From Chlamydiota bacterium (lineage in GTDB: Bacteria > Chlamydiota > Chlamydiia > Chlamydiales > RGXB01): 64,000 bases of DNA. This document shows, piece by piece, positions 29,261-38,126 of this stretch. Every line of letters starts with the position of its first letter. Positions within the stretch are counted from its first letter, which is position 1. Position numbers and translations under genes: made by a program. Where the stretch lies: the NCBI GenBank assembly GCA_947494155.1, contig CANLTW010000001.1, forward strand, positions 13,524-77,523. Reading direction: 5' to 3'. The notes beneath the pieces were generated by a model, which was not told the DNA's origin, made no database searches, and saw only the letters and a program-made list of their open reading frames with translations.

Positions 29261-30322
29261 ATGCAAAACTCTTATCTTTCGATCCGGTTTTTAGCCGTCT
29301 TTCTTTTGGTGCAAATGTTCTGCTGGACAGACAGCTTTTCTCAAATCGCTTCTTTGCAAACGGGTATACATAATAAAGAATTGGAGTGGAAGCTTTCGGG
29401 AGAATATCTACTATGGCAAATATCGATGGAAGGTCTCGATATAGCCGCCGATAATGCCTATATCGACTATTTCCCCCCCGCGCATAGAGGGCGGAGTTAT
29501 GGAGTGAGCTTTCCATGGAAAAGCGGAGTTCAGATAGGAGTAGGCGCCATTTTTCCAGAGAGCCAAGGCACTGAATTAGAACTTGTCTATTCGTGGCTTT
29601 ATCCTGTTGTAAAAGAGAATATCTCAACCGACCCAGTTGTCCAAACTTTTCCCTTTTACTCTGTAAAACCAACTGAAAGACTCCCAAATTCACAAGTGTT
29701 TGTTGTGGATCACCTTGCTACATTTCAGTCCTATTATAATCTGCTTGATTTTCGTATGGGACGTGAAAATCAGATTGTACCTGCATTTAGAGTCACCCCG
29801 TATTTAGGTTTGAGAAGTACCTGGCAAAAACAGCTATGGGATACAAACCTGCAGATGTTTACCCAAAATCCGGTTATTTCCAATTACATCTACAACTACA
29901 TTCAAAATTTTCAAGGAGCAGGCCCCCTTTTTGGAGGTCGCTTTAAGTTTTTTTTCCTAAAAAAATACCCAATTTTTGAAAATTTTGCCCTTATCGGAAA
30001 CATTGCTCTAGCTGGGATTTTAGGAAACATTCAAGTAGATTCTCTGTTCAGTGCAGTATCACCCTTCTCCAACCTCATCTACTCCTCTAACCAAAAAACC
30101 ATCTTTACCATTGTACCTGTATGGGATTTGAGTGTTGGGCTCCTTTTTGAGAAGATTTTCTCTAAAGGGACAAAGGTTTTTTCCGCTATCCGTTTTAATA
30201 TTCTGTGGGAAACCCAATCCTGGATCGGTTTCAATAAAATGCAATCGAGTGTTGTCTACTTTTCCACCCCCTCGTCGATGACTGTTCAAGGTCTGACAGC
30301 TGGATTGGGGTTAGTCTTTTAA
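29261..30322 (+). CDS. MOMP-like outer-membrane beta-barrel porin, paralog 2
   Basis: Start chosen at MQNSYLSIRFLAVFLLVQ (signal-like). Shares YLLWQ..EGL, GAGPLFGG, VPVWDLSVGL, LWETQSWIG and the terminal GLGLVF with paralog 1. Confidence 0.7.
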   Translation: MQNSYLSIRFLAVFLLVQMFCWTDSFSQIASLQTGIHNKELEWKLSGEYLLWQISMEGLDIAADNAYIDYFPPAHRGRSYGVSFPWKSGVQIGVGAIFPESQGTELELVYSWLYPVVKENISTDPVVQTFPFYSVKPTERLPNSQVFVVDHLATFQSYYNLLDFRMGRENQIVPAFRVTPYLGLRSTWQKQLWDTNLQMFTQNPVISNYIYNYIQNFQGAGPLFGGRFKFFFLKKYPIFENFALIGNIALAGILGNIQVDSLFSAVSPFSNLIYSSNQKTIFTIVPVWDLSVGLLFEKIFSKGTKVFSAIRFNILWETQSWIGFNKMQSSVVYFSTPSSMTVQGLTAGLGLVF

Positions 30323-30323
30323 A

Positions 30324-31319
30324 ATGAGAAGTTTTCTACTACCCCTTTTTCCCCTTTTTTTCCTATTTGGAAATCCCCTGCCACCAATTGAACAAGAGAA
30401 CCCATTAGAGATCAAAGTCGATCTTTTTAGATTTGCCCCCTCCTGCTCTTCACTTTCGACTCACTATGAAAAAAAGACGTTTTTTGATACGACACTTTTC
30501 AAAAATTTTGAACCGGAAAAAAGGGCGTTTTGGGGAGCAGATATAAAAATTCAAATCCCTTTAGACAGTAAAAAAACGTTTTCCAAAACAAGATTTTTTT
30601 CCTCTAAAAGACGGTTCCAACTTATAGACTACTCTGGATACTTGGATCCTGATGCGATAGCATTACACTACGACGTGCACCGATCCTATTGCGAAAAAAA
30701 CATCCTTTTGACGACAGCACAAAATGGGTACCTTTTTAATGAAGAGCTTATTGAAAGCTATCTGGGAGCTAAGTTTTTTGTATCGAAATATCTCCTGTTC
30801 TCCCTTTCCCAGGGGCTTCAGTTTTCCCGCTTCCTCCATTCTCTCACTAAAAAAATCGGTTTCTTGTATCTAGAAAACGCACCTGTTGAGGAGCTGAGGA
30901 ATTTCAATTCCTCTACCTCTTTTCATGGAGCTGGCCCCCTCTTTTGTGCTCACCTAGACTTCATCCCTTTTCCCACCCATGTTGTTTCAAAGACACTCCA
31001 CCTCTTTTCCCAAATAGACACTTGTATGAGCTACGGAAAATACACCGTGCGGAATCTATTTCATATCGATAATGGGGCAAAAAAAATCACTCTTCTTGAC
31101 CAGTTAAATACCACCTTTACACTTACTCCTGTTTTCACTTTTCTTGCGGGAATAGAGTTTCGTCCAAATCTTATTTTTTTTGAGGGTTCTTTTGAATTGA
31201 TGATTTACAACCAAACATGGTGGAATGCCGATCGGAGCTACCAAGGGACATTGGATTTCAACGGACCTGGGAACATCTCATTGACAGGTTATGCAGTAGG
31301 TATAGGTGTAGATTTTTAA
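30324..31319 (+). CDS. MOMP-like outer-membrane beta-barrel protein, divergent paralog 3
   Basis: Signal-like N-terminus. Shares GAGPLF, TPVFTFLAGIEF, NQTWW and the terminal GIGVDF. Starts 1 nt after the paralog 2 stop. Confidence 0.65.
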   Translation: MRSFLLPLFPLFFLFGNPLPPIEQENPLEIKVDLFRFAPSCSSLSTHYEKKTFFDTTLFKNFEPEKRAFWGADIKIQIPLDSKKTFSKTRFFSSKRRFQLIDYSGYLDPDAIALHYDVHRSYCEKNILLTTAQNGYLFNEELIESYLGAKFFVSKYLLFSLSQGLQFSRFLHSLTKKIGFLYLENAPVEELRNFNSSTSFHGAGPLFCAHLDFIPFPTHVVSKTLHLFSQIDTCMSYGKYTVRNLFHIDNGAKKITLLDQLNTTFTLTPVFTFLAGIEFRPNLIFFEGSFELMIYNQTWWNADRSYQGTLDFNGPGNISLTGYAVGIGVDF

Positions 31320-31333
31320 AATTTAGAAAAGTC

Positions 31334-32542
31334 TTAAAAAAATTGGAGAACTTTTTTCAATTCTTTTTCAAAACGATCGACCTCGTCAAGGGTATTATAC
31401 ACACCTAAAGAGATGCGTAAAAACCCATTCACTCCAAAATACTTCAACGCTTTCAACGCACACAAAGAGCCGCTTCTGAGTTCGATCCCCTTTTCCCCTA
31501 ATAAAAGGGCAATGTCCATCGAGTGGGCGTTTTGGATCACAAATGTAACTATCGTATCGCTATCTTTAGCGCTTAAGAGTTTACAACCGGGAATTTTCTC
31601 CAAACACTCTCTATAAGCTGATGCTATCTCACCGAAAGTTTCTATCTTTTCTTGAAAATAAGGGGTATTTTGAAAAAGTAAGGCCTCTTTCCAGGCAGCA
31701 ATCTGCGCTAAAGCGGGCGTACCCGTCTCAAATTTCAATGGAGGTTCTTGAAACTGCATCTTTTCATCAAGCTCAAGAATCATATCCCCTCCGAAAAAAA
31801 GGGGGTCTAATCGCTCTAAAAAACGTTCGGCTATAACAAGTGCACCTAATCCTGTTGGCCCATACATTTTGTGCGCAGAAAAAGCGAGAAAATCTATATA
31901 ACATTCTTCAACGTCCACTTTTTTATGAGCAAGACTTTGAGCTGCATCCACAATAAAGACCCAATCTTTTTGTTTACAAAGAGATCCCAACTTTTTAAGG
32001 TCTTGGGTACATCCCGTTACATTCGATACGTGGGCTATTGTGATCGCTTGCACCTTAGACAAATCCATCTTGAGCAGAGAGGCAAAATCCACAGCACCAC
32101 TCTCCTCTACAGGGAGATCTCTAATCTTTAAAAGACCTTTTTCTTCCAGAGCTTTAAAGGGGAGCAGGTTTGCATGGTGCTCAAGTGGAGAAATAAGAAT
32201 CTCTCCCCCTTTTTCAAGAATCTGCAAAAGAAATTGGGCTGCTTGGTTGAGACTATCGGTTGCCCCGCGCGTGTAAACAATTCCTTGAGTGTTAGTCGCC
32301 CCGATCCGCTTTCGGATCAACTCCTTAGTAATACTAAGCTCTTTTGTCGCCTCCTGGGCCCTCGGGTATAAAGAGCGATGAACCGTTGCATAACGGTTCC
32401 GATAGAAATCAGACTCCGCCTCGATCACAATTTCAGGCTTTAAAGAGGTTGCTGCCGAGTCCAAATAGACCCTTTCCCCCCCTTTAAGAAGGGTAAATTG
32501 CTCCCTTATTGCTAATTCGTGATCCATGAGCGCTTGCATCAA
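31334..32542 (-). CDS. sufS: cysteine desulfurase SufS (class V aminotransferase)
   Basis: PLP-lysine motif FSAHKMYGPTGLGAL and catalytic Cys loop RSGSLCA. Last gene of sufBCDS. Confidence 0.92.
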   Translation of the reverse strand: MMQALMDHELAIREQFTLLKGGERVYLDSAATSLKPEIVIEAESDFYRNRYATVHRSLYPRAQEATKELSITKELIRKRIGATNTQGIVYTRGATDSLNQAAQFLLQILEKGGEILISPLEHHANLLPFKALEEKGLLKIRDLPVEESGAVDFASLLKMDLSKVQAITIAHVSNVTGCTQDLKKLGSLCKQKDWVFIVDAAQSLAHKKVDVEECYIDFLAFSAHKMYGPTGLGALVIAERFLERLDPLFFGGDMILELDEKMQFQEPPLKFETGTPALAQIAAWKEALLFQNTPYFQEKIETFGEIASAYRECLEKIPGCKLLSAKDSDTIVTFVIQNAHSMDIALLLGEKGIELRSGSLCALKALKYFGVNGFLRISLGVYNTLDEVDRFEKELKKVLQFF

Positions 32543-33405
32543 ACCGAGCCTTCTAAAATCTTCGACAGTGCCCCTTTAATCTCCCCAAGGAATGAGTCGA
32601 TAAGGATCTCTTTTGCCCTTTCTTCGCTAAACCCTCTGGAAAGGAGATAGAACTGATCCTCTTTTGAAGGCTTGGCAACGGTCGCACCATGCGAGGCTTT
32701 CACATCATCATGGAATACCTGGATTCCAGGTGAGGTTTTTGCTTGGGCATGATCAAAAACTACGTTGCTATTTTTTTGGAAGCTCTCGGTTTTATCCGCC
32801 CCTTTTGCGACATAAATAGACCCCTCAAAACTGGAGCGGGCAGACTCCCTCACCACACCCTTAAATAACTGATTCGAGCGGGCAAGGGGAGCTTTATGCT
32901 CCACTAAAACACTCACACCAATCGTCTCTCGCTCACAAAGGTGCCATCCCCCCCTTAAGTCCACTTCAGCCCGTTCTCCTTCAATGGAGGCGGTCACCGT
33001 CTCAAGAAGTTTACCGACAGCCTCTACCCAACCCACATGAAGAACTCGAGCCCCTTTTTTTACTGTGTAGTGGGTCTTCAAGTCTACGACCCCTTTTTTT
33101 TCTACAATCGTAGCCCGCTGCAAAAAGGCCTGATCTTCTAAATAGGCTTTCAACTCAAACGATCCCTCTCTGCTGGGATGGAATACCCAGTTAAGTTGGG
33201 CCCCTTTTGAAAGATACACCTCATACTTTCCAGGCTCAGTAATTCTGACACTTTCACGAGAGGAAAAATTTTTAGGAACAAACAGAAAACCATCAATCTC
33301 TCTAGGCTCCCCTTCAAAAAAGAGGGGAAAAAGCTCTTTTGCCTCTTCAAGTGAGAAAATTTCTAGACCTTTAGGGAGATGCGAATGATTAACAAAAGCT
33401 TTCAT
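32539..33405 (-). CDS. sufD: Fe-S cluster assembly protein SufD (short form)
   Basis: SufB/D beta-helix-type C-terminal region, located between sufC and sufS. I chose the ATG at 33405; the track ORF extends to 33465. Confidence 0.8.
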   Translation of the reverse strand: MKAFVNHSHLPKGLEIFSLEEAKELFPLFFEGEPREIDGFLFVPKNFSSRESVRITEPGKYEVYLSKGAQLNWVFHPSREGSFELKAYLEDQAFLQRATIVEKKGVVDLKTHYTVKKGARVLHVGWVEAVGKLLETVTASIEGERAEVDLRGGWHLCERETIGVSVLVEHKAPLARSNQLFKGVVRESARSSFEGSIYVAKGADKTESFQKNSNVVFDHAQAKTSPGIQVFHDDVKASHGATVAKPSKEDQFYLLSRGFSEERAKEILIDSFLGEIKGALSKILEGSV

Positions 33406-34126
33406 AGCCCTCTGCCTCAAGAATTTTAGCCAAATCCTTATTTCCCGAACGGACGATTTTTCCATTCTGCATCACATGCACAACGTCGGGTTGAATAAAA
33501 TCTAAAAGCCTCTGGTAATGGGTAATCAAAATGATACTGCGGTCTTTAGATCGTAACCTTTCGATCGCCTGTCCTACAGCTTTCAAAGCATCGATATCCA
33601 GACCCGAGTCGGTTTCATCCAAGATAGCAAGACTAGGTTCAAAAAGTGCCATCTGCAAAATTTCACTTTTTTTCTTTTCTCCCCCTGAAAAATTAGCGTG
33701 TAGGTCTCGATCGATCAAGTGGGGTTGAAACTTTACCAGCTCCATTTTTTCCAGCAAAACGGCCTCAAAGTCTTGCAAAGAGAGCGGATCCAACCCTTTT
33801 TGTTTCCGATGGAGATTGTAGGATTCTTTTAAAAACTCTTTGGTGTTTAAGCCTGCTATTTCTAAAGGATATTGAAAACTTTTGAAGATCCCCTTCAGAG
33901 CCCTTTGATCCGGCTCCATATCGAGAAGATTTTCCTCTTTAAAAGAGACCGATCCACCCAAAATCTGATACGAGGGGTGACCGGCAAGCACGTTAGATAG
34001 ACTGGATTTTCCGGCACCGTTAGGCCCCATGATCGCATGCACCTCATTTGCCCCTACCCTTAAAGAAAGGCCGTTAAGGACTTTTTTGTCGTCTACAGAA
34101 ACCTCTAAATTGTCGATGATTAACAT
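33389..34126 (-). CDS. sufC: Fe-S cluster assembly ATPase SufC
   Basis: Walker A GPNGAGKSS, signature FSGGEKKK and Walker B LAILDETDSGLD. Confidence 0.95.
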   Translation of the reverse strand: MLIIDNLEVSVDDKKVLNGLSLRVGANEVHAIMGPNGAGKSSLSNVLAGHPSYQILGGSVSFKEENLLDMEPDQRALKGIFKSFQYPLEIAGLNTKEFLKESYNLHRKQKGLDPLSLQDFEAVLLEKMELVKFQPHLIDRDLHANFSGGEKKKSEILQMALFEPSLAILDETDSGLDIDALKAVGQAIERLRSKDRSIILITHYQRLLDFIQPDVVHVMQNGKIVRSGNKDLAKILEAEGYESFC

Positions 34127-35535
34127 TATCCTACGGATCCTTCTAACTTGATCATTAATAATTTTTTCGCTTCTTGTGCAAATTCCAGAGGCAACTCTTG
34201 CATCACCTCTTTACAAAATCCATTCACAACAAGACTTATAGCCTCTTCTTTGTTAAAACCACGCGACTGCAGATAAAAAAGGACCTCTTCGTTCATCCGG
34301 GACGTGCTAGCTTCGTGCTCTATTTCTGCTGTTGCATTCGTAGATTCGATCACAGGAAAGGTGTGGGCCGAACAGTTTGTATCAACAAGCATAGAATCGC
34401 ACTGGGTGTAATTTCTTGCGTTGCTTGCCTTCGGTCCCACCATCACCAGACCACGATAGGTATTGGAGGAACTGTCCGCAGAAATCCCCTTAGAAATGAT
34501 GGTAGATTTGGTGTTTTTTCCGACATGGATCATTTTTGTCCCCGTATCGGCCTGCATCTTTTTATTTGTGAGTGCTACAGAGTAGAATTCCCCTACCGAA
34601 TAGTCTCCCAACAAAACGCAACTGGGATACTTCCAGGTGATGCTTGACCCCACTTCCACTTGTGTCCAGGAAATTTTCGCGTGGTCACCTAGGCATTTCC
34701 CCCTTTTTGTGACAAAATTGTACACCCCCCCTTTCCCCTCTTCATCCCCCGGGTACCAGTTCTGGACTGTAGAGTATTTAATCTCGGCATTTCTCATAGC
34801 GACAAGCTCGACGACAGCCGCGTGCAACTGCTTGGAGTCAAAAGAGGGTGCTGTGCAACCCTCAAGGTAACTCACATAAGAATCGTCTTCAGCTATGATT
34901 AAGGTGCGCTCGAATTGCCCTGTGTTCTCCTCGTTTATACGAAAATAGGTCGATAGCTCCATAGGAGATTTTACCCCTTTTGGGACGTAAACAAAGGAGC
35001 CGTCGCTAAAGACTGCCGAATTCAGGGCTGCAAAATAGTTATCCCCAATCGGAACCACAGTTCCCAGGTATTTTTCTACAAGCTCAGGATACTTCTGCAC
35101 CGCTTCAGAAATAGAGCATAAGACCACTCCAGCGTCTTCTAGTTTTTTTTTGAATGTCGTAGCAATCGAGACAGAATCAAACACTAGATCTACGGCGACA
35201 TTCGCCAGCCTGTGCTGCTCGTCTAAAGGGATCCCCAGCCGCTCATAAGTTTTACGAATTTCGGGATCAAGATCCTCAAGTGAAGAGAGGGAGGGCTTAT
35301 TTTTAGGCTCTGCGTAGTAGCTAATTTTTTGCAAATCAATCGGCTCAAAAGAGAGATTCGCCCAATTAGGCGGGGTCATTTCAAGAAATTTTTTATACGC
35401 TTTAAGGCGAAAAGCGAGCATAAACGGAGGTTCATTTTTCTTTAATGAGATGCGACGAATCACCTCTTCATTAAGACCCGCCTCAAATACCTCGCTCTCA
35501 ACAGCAGTTTTAAAACCAAATGGATAGTCGTTCAT
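34126..35535 (-). CDS. sufB: Fe-S cluster assembly scaffold SufB
   Basis: 469 aa with typical segments [21 protein letters not shown] and [20 protein letters not shown]. Confidence 0.95.
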   Translation of the reverse strand: MNDYPFGFKTAVESEVFEAGLNEEVIRRISLKKNEPPFMLAFRLKAYKKFLEMTPPNWANLSFEPIDLQKISYYAEPKNKPSLSSLEDLDPEIRKTYERLGIPLDEQHRLANVAVDLVFDSVSIATTFKKKLEDAGVVLCSISEAVQKYPELVEKYLGTVVPIGDNYFAALNSAVFSDGSFVYVPKGVKSPMELSTYFRINEENTGQFERTLIIAEDDSYVSYLEGCTAPSFDSKQLHAAVVELVAMRNAEIKYSTVQNWYPGDEEGKGGVYNFVTKRGKCLGDHAKISWTQVEVGSSITWKYPSCVLLGDYSVGEFYSVALTNKKMQADTGTKMIHVGKNTKSTIISKGISADSSSNTYRGLVMVGPKASNARNYTQCDSMLVDTNCSAHTFPVIESTNATAEIEHEASTSRMNEEVLFYLQSRGFNKEEAISLVVNGFCKEVMQELPLEFAQEAKKLLMIKLEGSVG

Positions 35536-35646
35536 TAGTCAAATATTTTACCCAATAGAAACTATCCCTGTCAATGAAGCTCTTCAATGAAAATACTAAA
35601 AGGCTTGGGAATCCCACTCTAACGAAAGAGATGTCAACCTTTTAGT

Positions 35647-36387
35647 CTAAATTAAAGGAGCGGCATCAAATATTTTCTTTATTTTTTCCAAGTCTTCGGG
35701 AACGTCTACTCCGTACACTGTCTCGGCGGTTTCGAAAACCTCGATAGGAATCCCATGAAAAAGGGGGGTGAGCTGCTCCAGACTCTCAGCATGATCTAAA
35801 TGGGAGCGTTCGAGGGAGGAAATCTTCATTAGGGCTTCAGGGGTGTATGCATAAAGCCCTACATGTTTAAAATAGGTGATCTCCCCTTTTTGATCCCGAT
35901 CGAATGGGATCACAGAACGCGAGAAGTAGAGCGCGCGCCCGTTTATATCAGTAATAACCTTGACAATTTGAGGCGCTTTTAACTCCTCAAGCGTCTCAAT
36001 TTTCTTTTTAAGTGTCCAAATTCGCGCACCGATAGTGTCTTGTCCGGATAGTAATCTGTTGAAAATTGTCCTTGTAAGGAGAGGCTCATCTGCCTGCACG
36101 TTTACAATCTTTTCCCCGATCGGAGCCCCATTTTTTAACGCCTCGATAATCCTTTCGGTTCCATTTTGCGGTCTATTAGAGGTCAAAAGAGCACGAGCTT
36201 TAAAACTCCTTGCCAATTCTAGAGTAATGGGGTCATCTGCCAAGATAATCACTTGATCAAAAACTTCTGCTTGAACGGCATTTTCATATGCCCATTGCAA
36301 AAGGGGTTTACCCAAAAATGGCTGGAGAATCTTCTCTTTGAATCGGGTAGATTTAAGTCTTGCGGGTATGTAAGCAATGCTTTGCAA
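35647..36387 (-). CDS. kdsB: 3-deoxy-manno-octulosonate cytidylyltransferase (CMP-Kdo synthetase)
   Basis: IPARLKSTRFKEKIL, NVQADEPL and HVGLYAY motifs. TTG start. Confidence 0.88.
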   Translation of the reverse strand: MQSIAYIPARLKSTRFKEKILQPFLGKPLLQWAYENAVQAEVFDQVIILADDPITLELARSFKARALLTSNRPQNGTERIIEALKNGAPIGEKIVNVQADEPLLTRTIFNRLLSGQDTIGARIWTLKKKIETLEELKAPQIVKVITDINGRALYFSRSVIPFDRDQKGEITYFKHVGLYAYTPEALMKISSLERSHLDHAESLEQLTPLFHGIPIEVFETAETVYGVDVPEDLEKIKKIFDAAPLI

Positions 36388-36405
36388 TCGAAAAAACCTT
36401 AGGGT

Positions 36406-36990
36406 TTACCACTCGTTTCCGGCTTCAGGGCTATTTTGCCCACCCGGAGCGTAATAGGTTCTATCAGAGGGATCATCCTTTTCGCGATTTTTTTTATCCT
36501 GGTCCTCGTCCTCGGAAGATCCCCTTCCGGAGTACCCATCTGTAGCCTTGCTCGAAATTTTACCCGAAGTGGTGGAATTAGTTCCAGAGGAAGAGTTTTG
36601 GGGCTGCTCTGAATCATACCCTTCCTGAGTAGAATGGGATCCTGATCCCTCGACATTACTTGGTTGTCGATTATTGACCTGAGCGTAATTCATCACCGCC
36701 TGGTTTGGATCCACACCATTTTGAATATCTTGCCTTACAGCCTGTTTTTGCTGGGGAGTTAGTGTCGTCCAGTATTCGGTCGCCTCGTCATTTAACCCAT
36801 CAGGAGGCGTAGGGTCGACGCTCATTTCGTTGTAATCATCCTGCATTTGATTGCTGTTTTGCGACTGCTGGGCTATGAAAAAGAGTTTCTTGGAGTTCCC
36901 TGTATACGTAAGGCTGCCTTTGAGGGCCGCTACCCCGAGAAGAGTGAGTAAAACTAAAGATAGGGTGTAACGCATAGCAATCCTTTTCAT
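36406..36990 (-). CDS. hypothetical secreted protein, low-complexity (Q/N/S/D/E-rich)
   Basis: Signal peptide LSLVLLTLLGVAALKG followed by a compositionally biased sequence with no recognisable domain. Confidence 0.55.
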   Translation of the reverse strand: MKRIAMRYTLSLVLLTLLGVAALKGSLTYTGNSKKLFFIAQQSQNSNQMQDDYNEMSVDPTPPDGLNDEATEYWTTLTPQQKQAVRQDIQNGVDPNQAVMNYAQVNNRQPSNVEGSGSHSTQEGYDSEQPQNSSSGTNSTTSGKISSKATDGYSGRGSSEDEDQDKKNREKDDPSDRTYYAPGGQNSPEAGNEW

Positions 36991-37052
36991 TCCAACCGCT
37001 TAACTTATTCCTATCGTAAATTTGGTTTAAAATTGTAAAGAAAAAACGCCAT

Positions 37053-37496
37053 GTGTATGAAACAATTATGACATCTTTTAAAAAACCAACCTCCTGCAAA
37101 GGGTGTAATGAACCAGCAAGCATCAGCTTCAAACAGATCGAAAAGGGGAAAACGACCTGCTACGGTCTATGCAGTAAGTGCCCCTTAAGACAAACGCTTC
37201 TTGATCAAAAAACAGAGACCCTCTCTTGTATGAGTTGCTCAAAATCTTTAGAGGATCTACAAACCTCGGGTACCGTAGGCTGCGTTGACTGTTACACCAC
37301 CTTTAAAGAGACTTGCCACACCCTCTTCCAAGCGCTTAATTTAAGCGAGTTTTCCCCACTGGAACGAAACGCAAAAATAGACGTTCAAGAGCTGCAATCC
37401 TCCTTGCAAGAGGCGATTGCTAAGGAGCTTTTTGAAGAGGCGGCGATGCTTCGGGATCGCTTGAAACAAATCACCTCAACAACAGGTGGTGCATGA
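37053..37496 (+). CDS. mcsA: McsA-like protein (zinc-finger CxxC pairs plus UVR motif)
   Basis: CKGC...CSKC and CMSC...CVDC pairs are collinear with B. subtilis McsA. C-terminal UVR motif ELFEEAAMLRDRLKQI. Confidence 0.75.
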   Translation: MYETIMTSFKKPTSCKGCNEPASISFKQIEKGKTTCYGLCSKCPLRQTLLDQKTETLSCMSCSKSLEDLQTSGTVGCVDCYTTFKETCHTLFQALNLSEFSPLERNAKIDVQELQSSLQEAIAKELFEEAAMLRDRLKQITSTTGGA

Positions 37497-38086
37497 TCCT
37501 CCATTTTACAAGAAATATAGATAAAATCCCGTTTGGATCCTCTGAAGCGACCACCCTATTGAAAAAAACCCTACCCCAGATTTTTCCCCAGGGTAAATGG
37601 TTGGAAAACCTTAAAGAGGCTGAAGAGAAGAGATTAGTAAAAGCCTATTTTTTTAATGAACAGGTTAAAAACCTATTCTTCGACCCAAAAAGTAAAATTC
37701 TATTTTGCTTAGGATCCTTTGACCATCTGCATATCCTCTACGACGGTGACTACAAAGAGATTAAAGAGCTCCTTGTACATATGCATTCCCTATTCAATTT
37801 TTCCTATGACACTAATTTTGGATTTTTAACGACTAAACTTTCCACAACGGGGACAGGATTAAAAGGGAAGTTTTTCCATGAACTCCACTACCCCGAAATC
37901 CCCGCCTCAATAGAGGCCCTCCCCTATGAAGGGGGGTTTTTGTACCAAAATCGCCTCGCGATCGGATGTTTGGAGACAACTTCTATCGAATCTCTCAAAA
38001 CTTTGCAGGCTGCAATTCAAAATCATGTTTTTGAGATTAAATCGCTAGGGAGTCATATCGCCCAACAAATCTACGAACGCCAGTAG
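37493..38086 (+). CDS. McsB/guanidino-kinase-like protein, short and apparently degenerate
   Basis: 197 aa overlapping the mcsA stop. LHFTRNIDKIPF, SFDHLHILY and FGFLTTKLSTTGTGLKGKF parallel the McsB motifs RLARN, NEEDHLRIQ and CPTNVGTGLRAS, with the key residues replaced. Confidence 0.6.
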   Translation: MILHFTRNIDKIPFGSSEATTLLKKTLPQIFPQGKWLENLKEAEEKRLVKAYFFNEQVKNLFFDPKSKILFCLGSFDHLHILYDGDYKEIKELLVHMHSLFNFSYDTNFGFLTTKLSTTGTGLKGKFFHELHYPEIPASIEALPYEGGFLYQNRLAIGCLETTSIESLKTLQAAIQNHVFEIKSLGSHIAQQIYERQ

Positions 38087-38126
38087 TCCTTTTGCTCTTT
38101 AACCCTAAATAGAGCATGCTTGGGCG

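Noticed and set aside
36399-36656. 85-aa alternative-frame ORF overlapping the secreted low-complexity protein gene.
   Set aside because: It is on the same strand but out of frame with the longer signal-peptide-bearing ORF, with no independent start signals.
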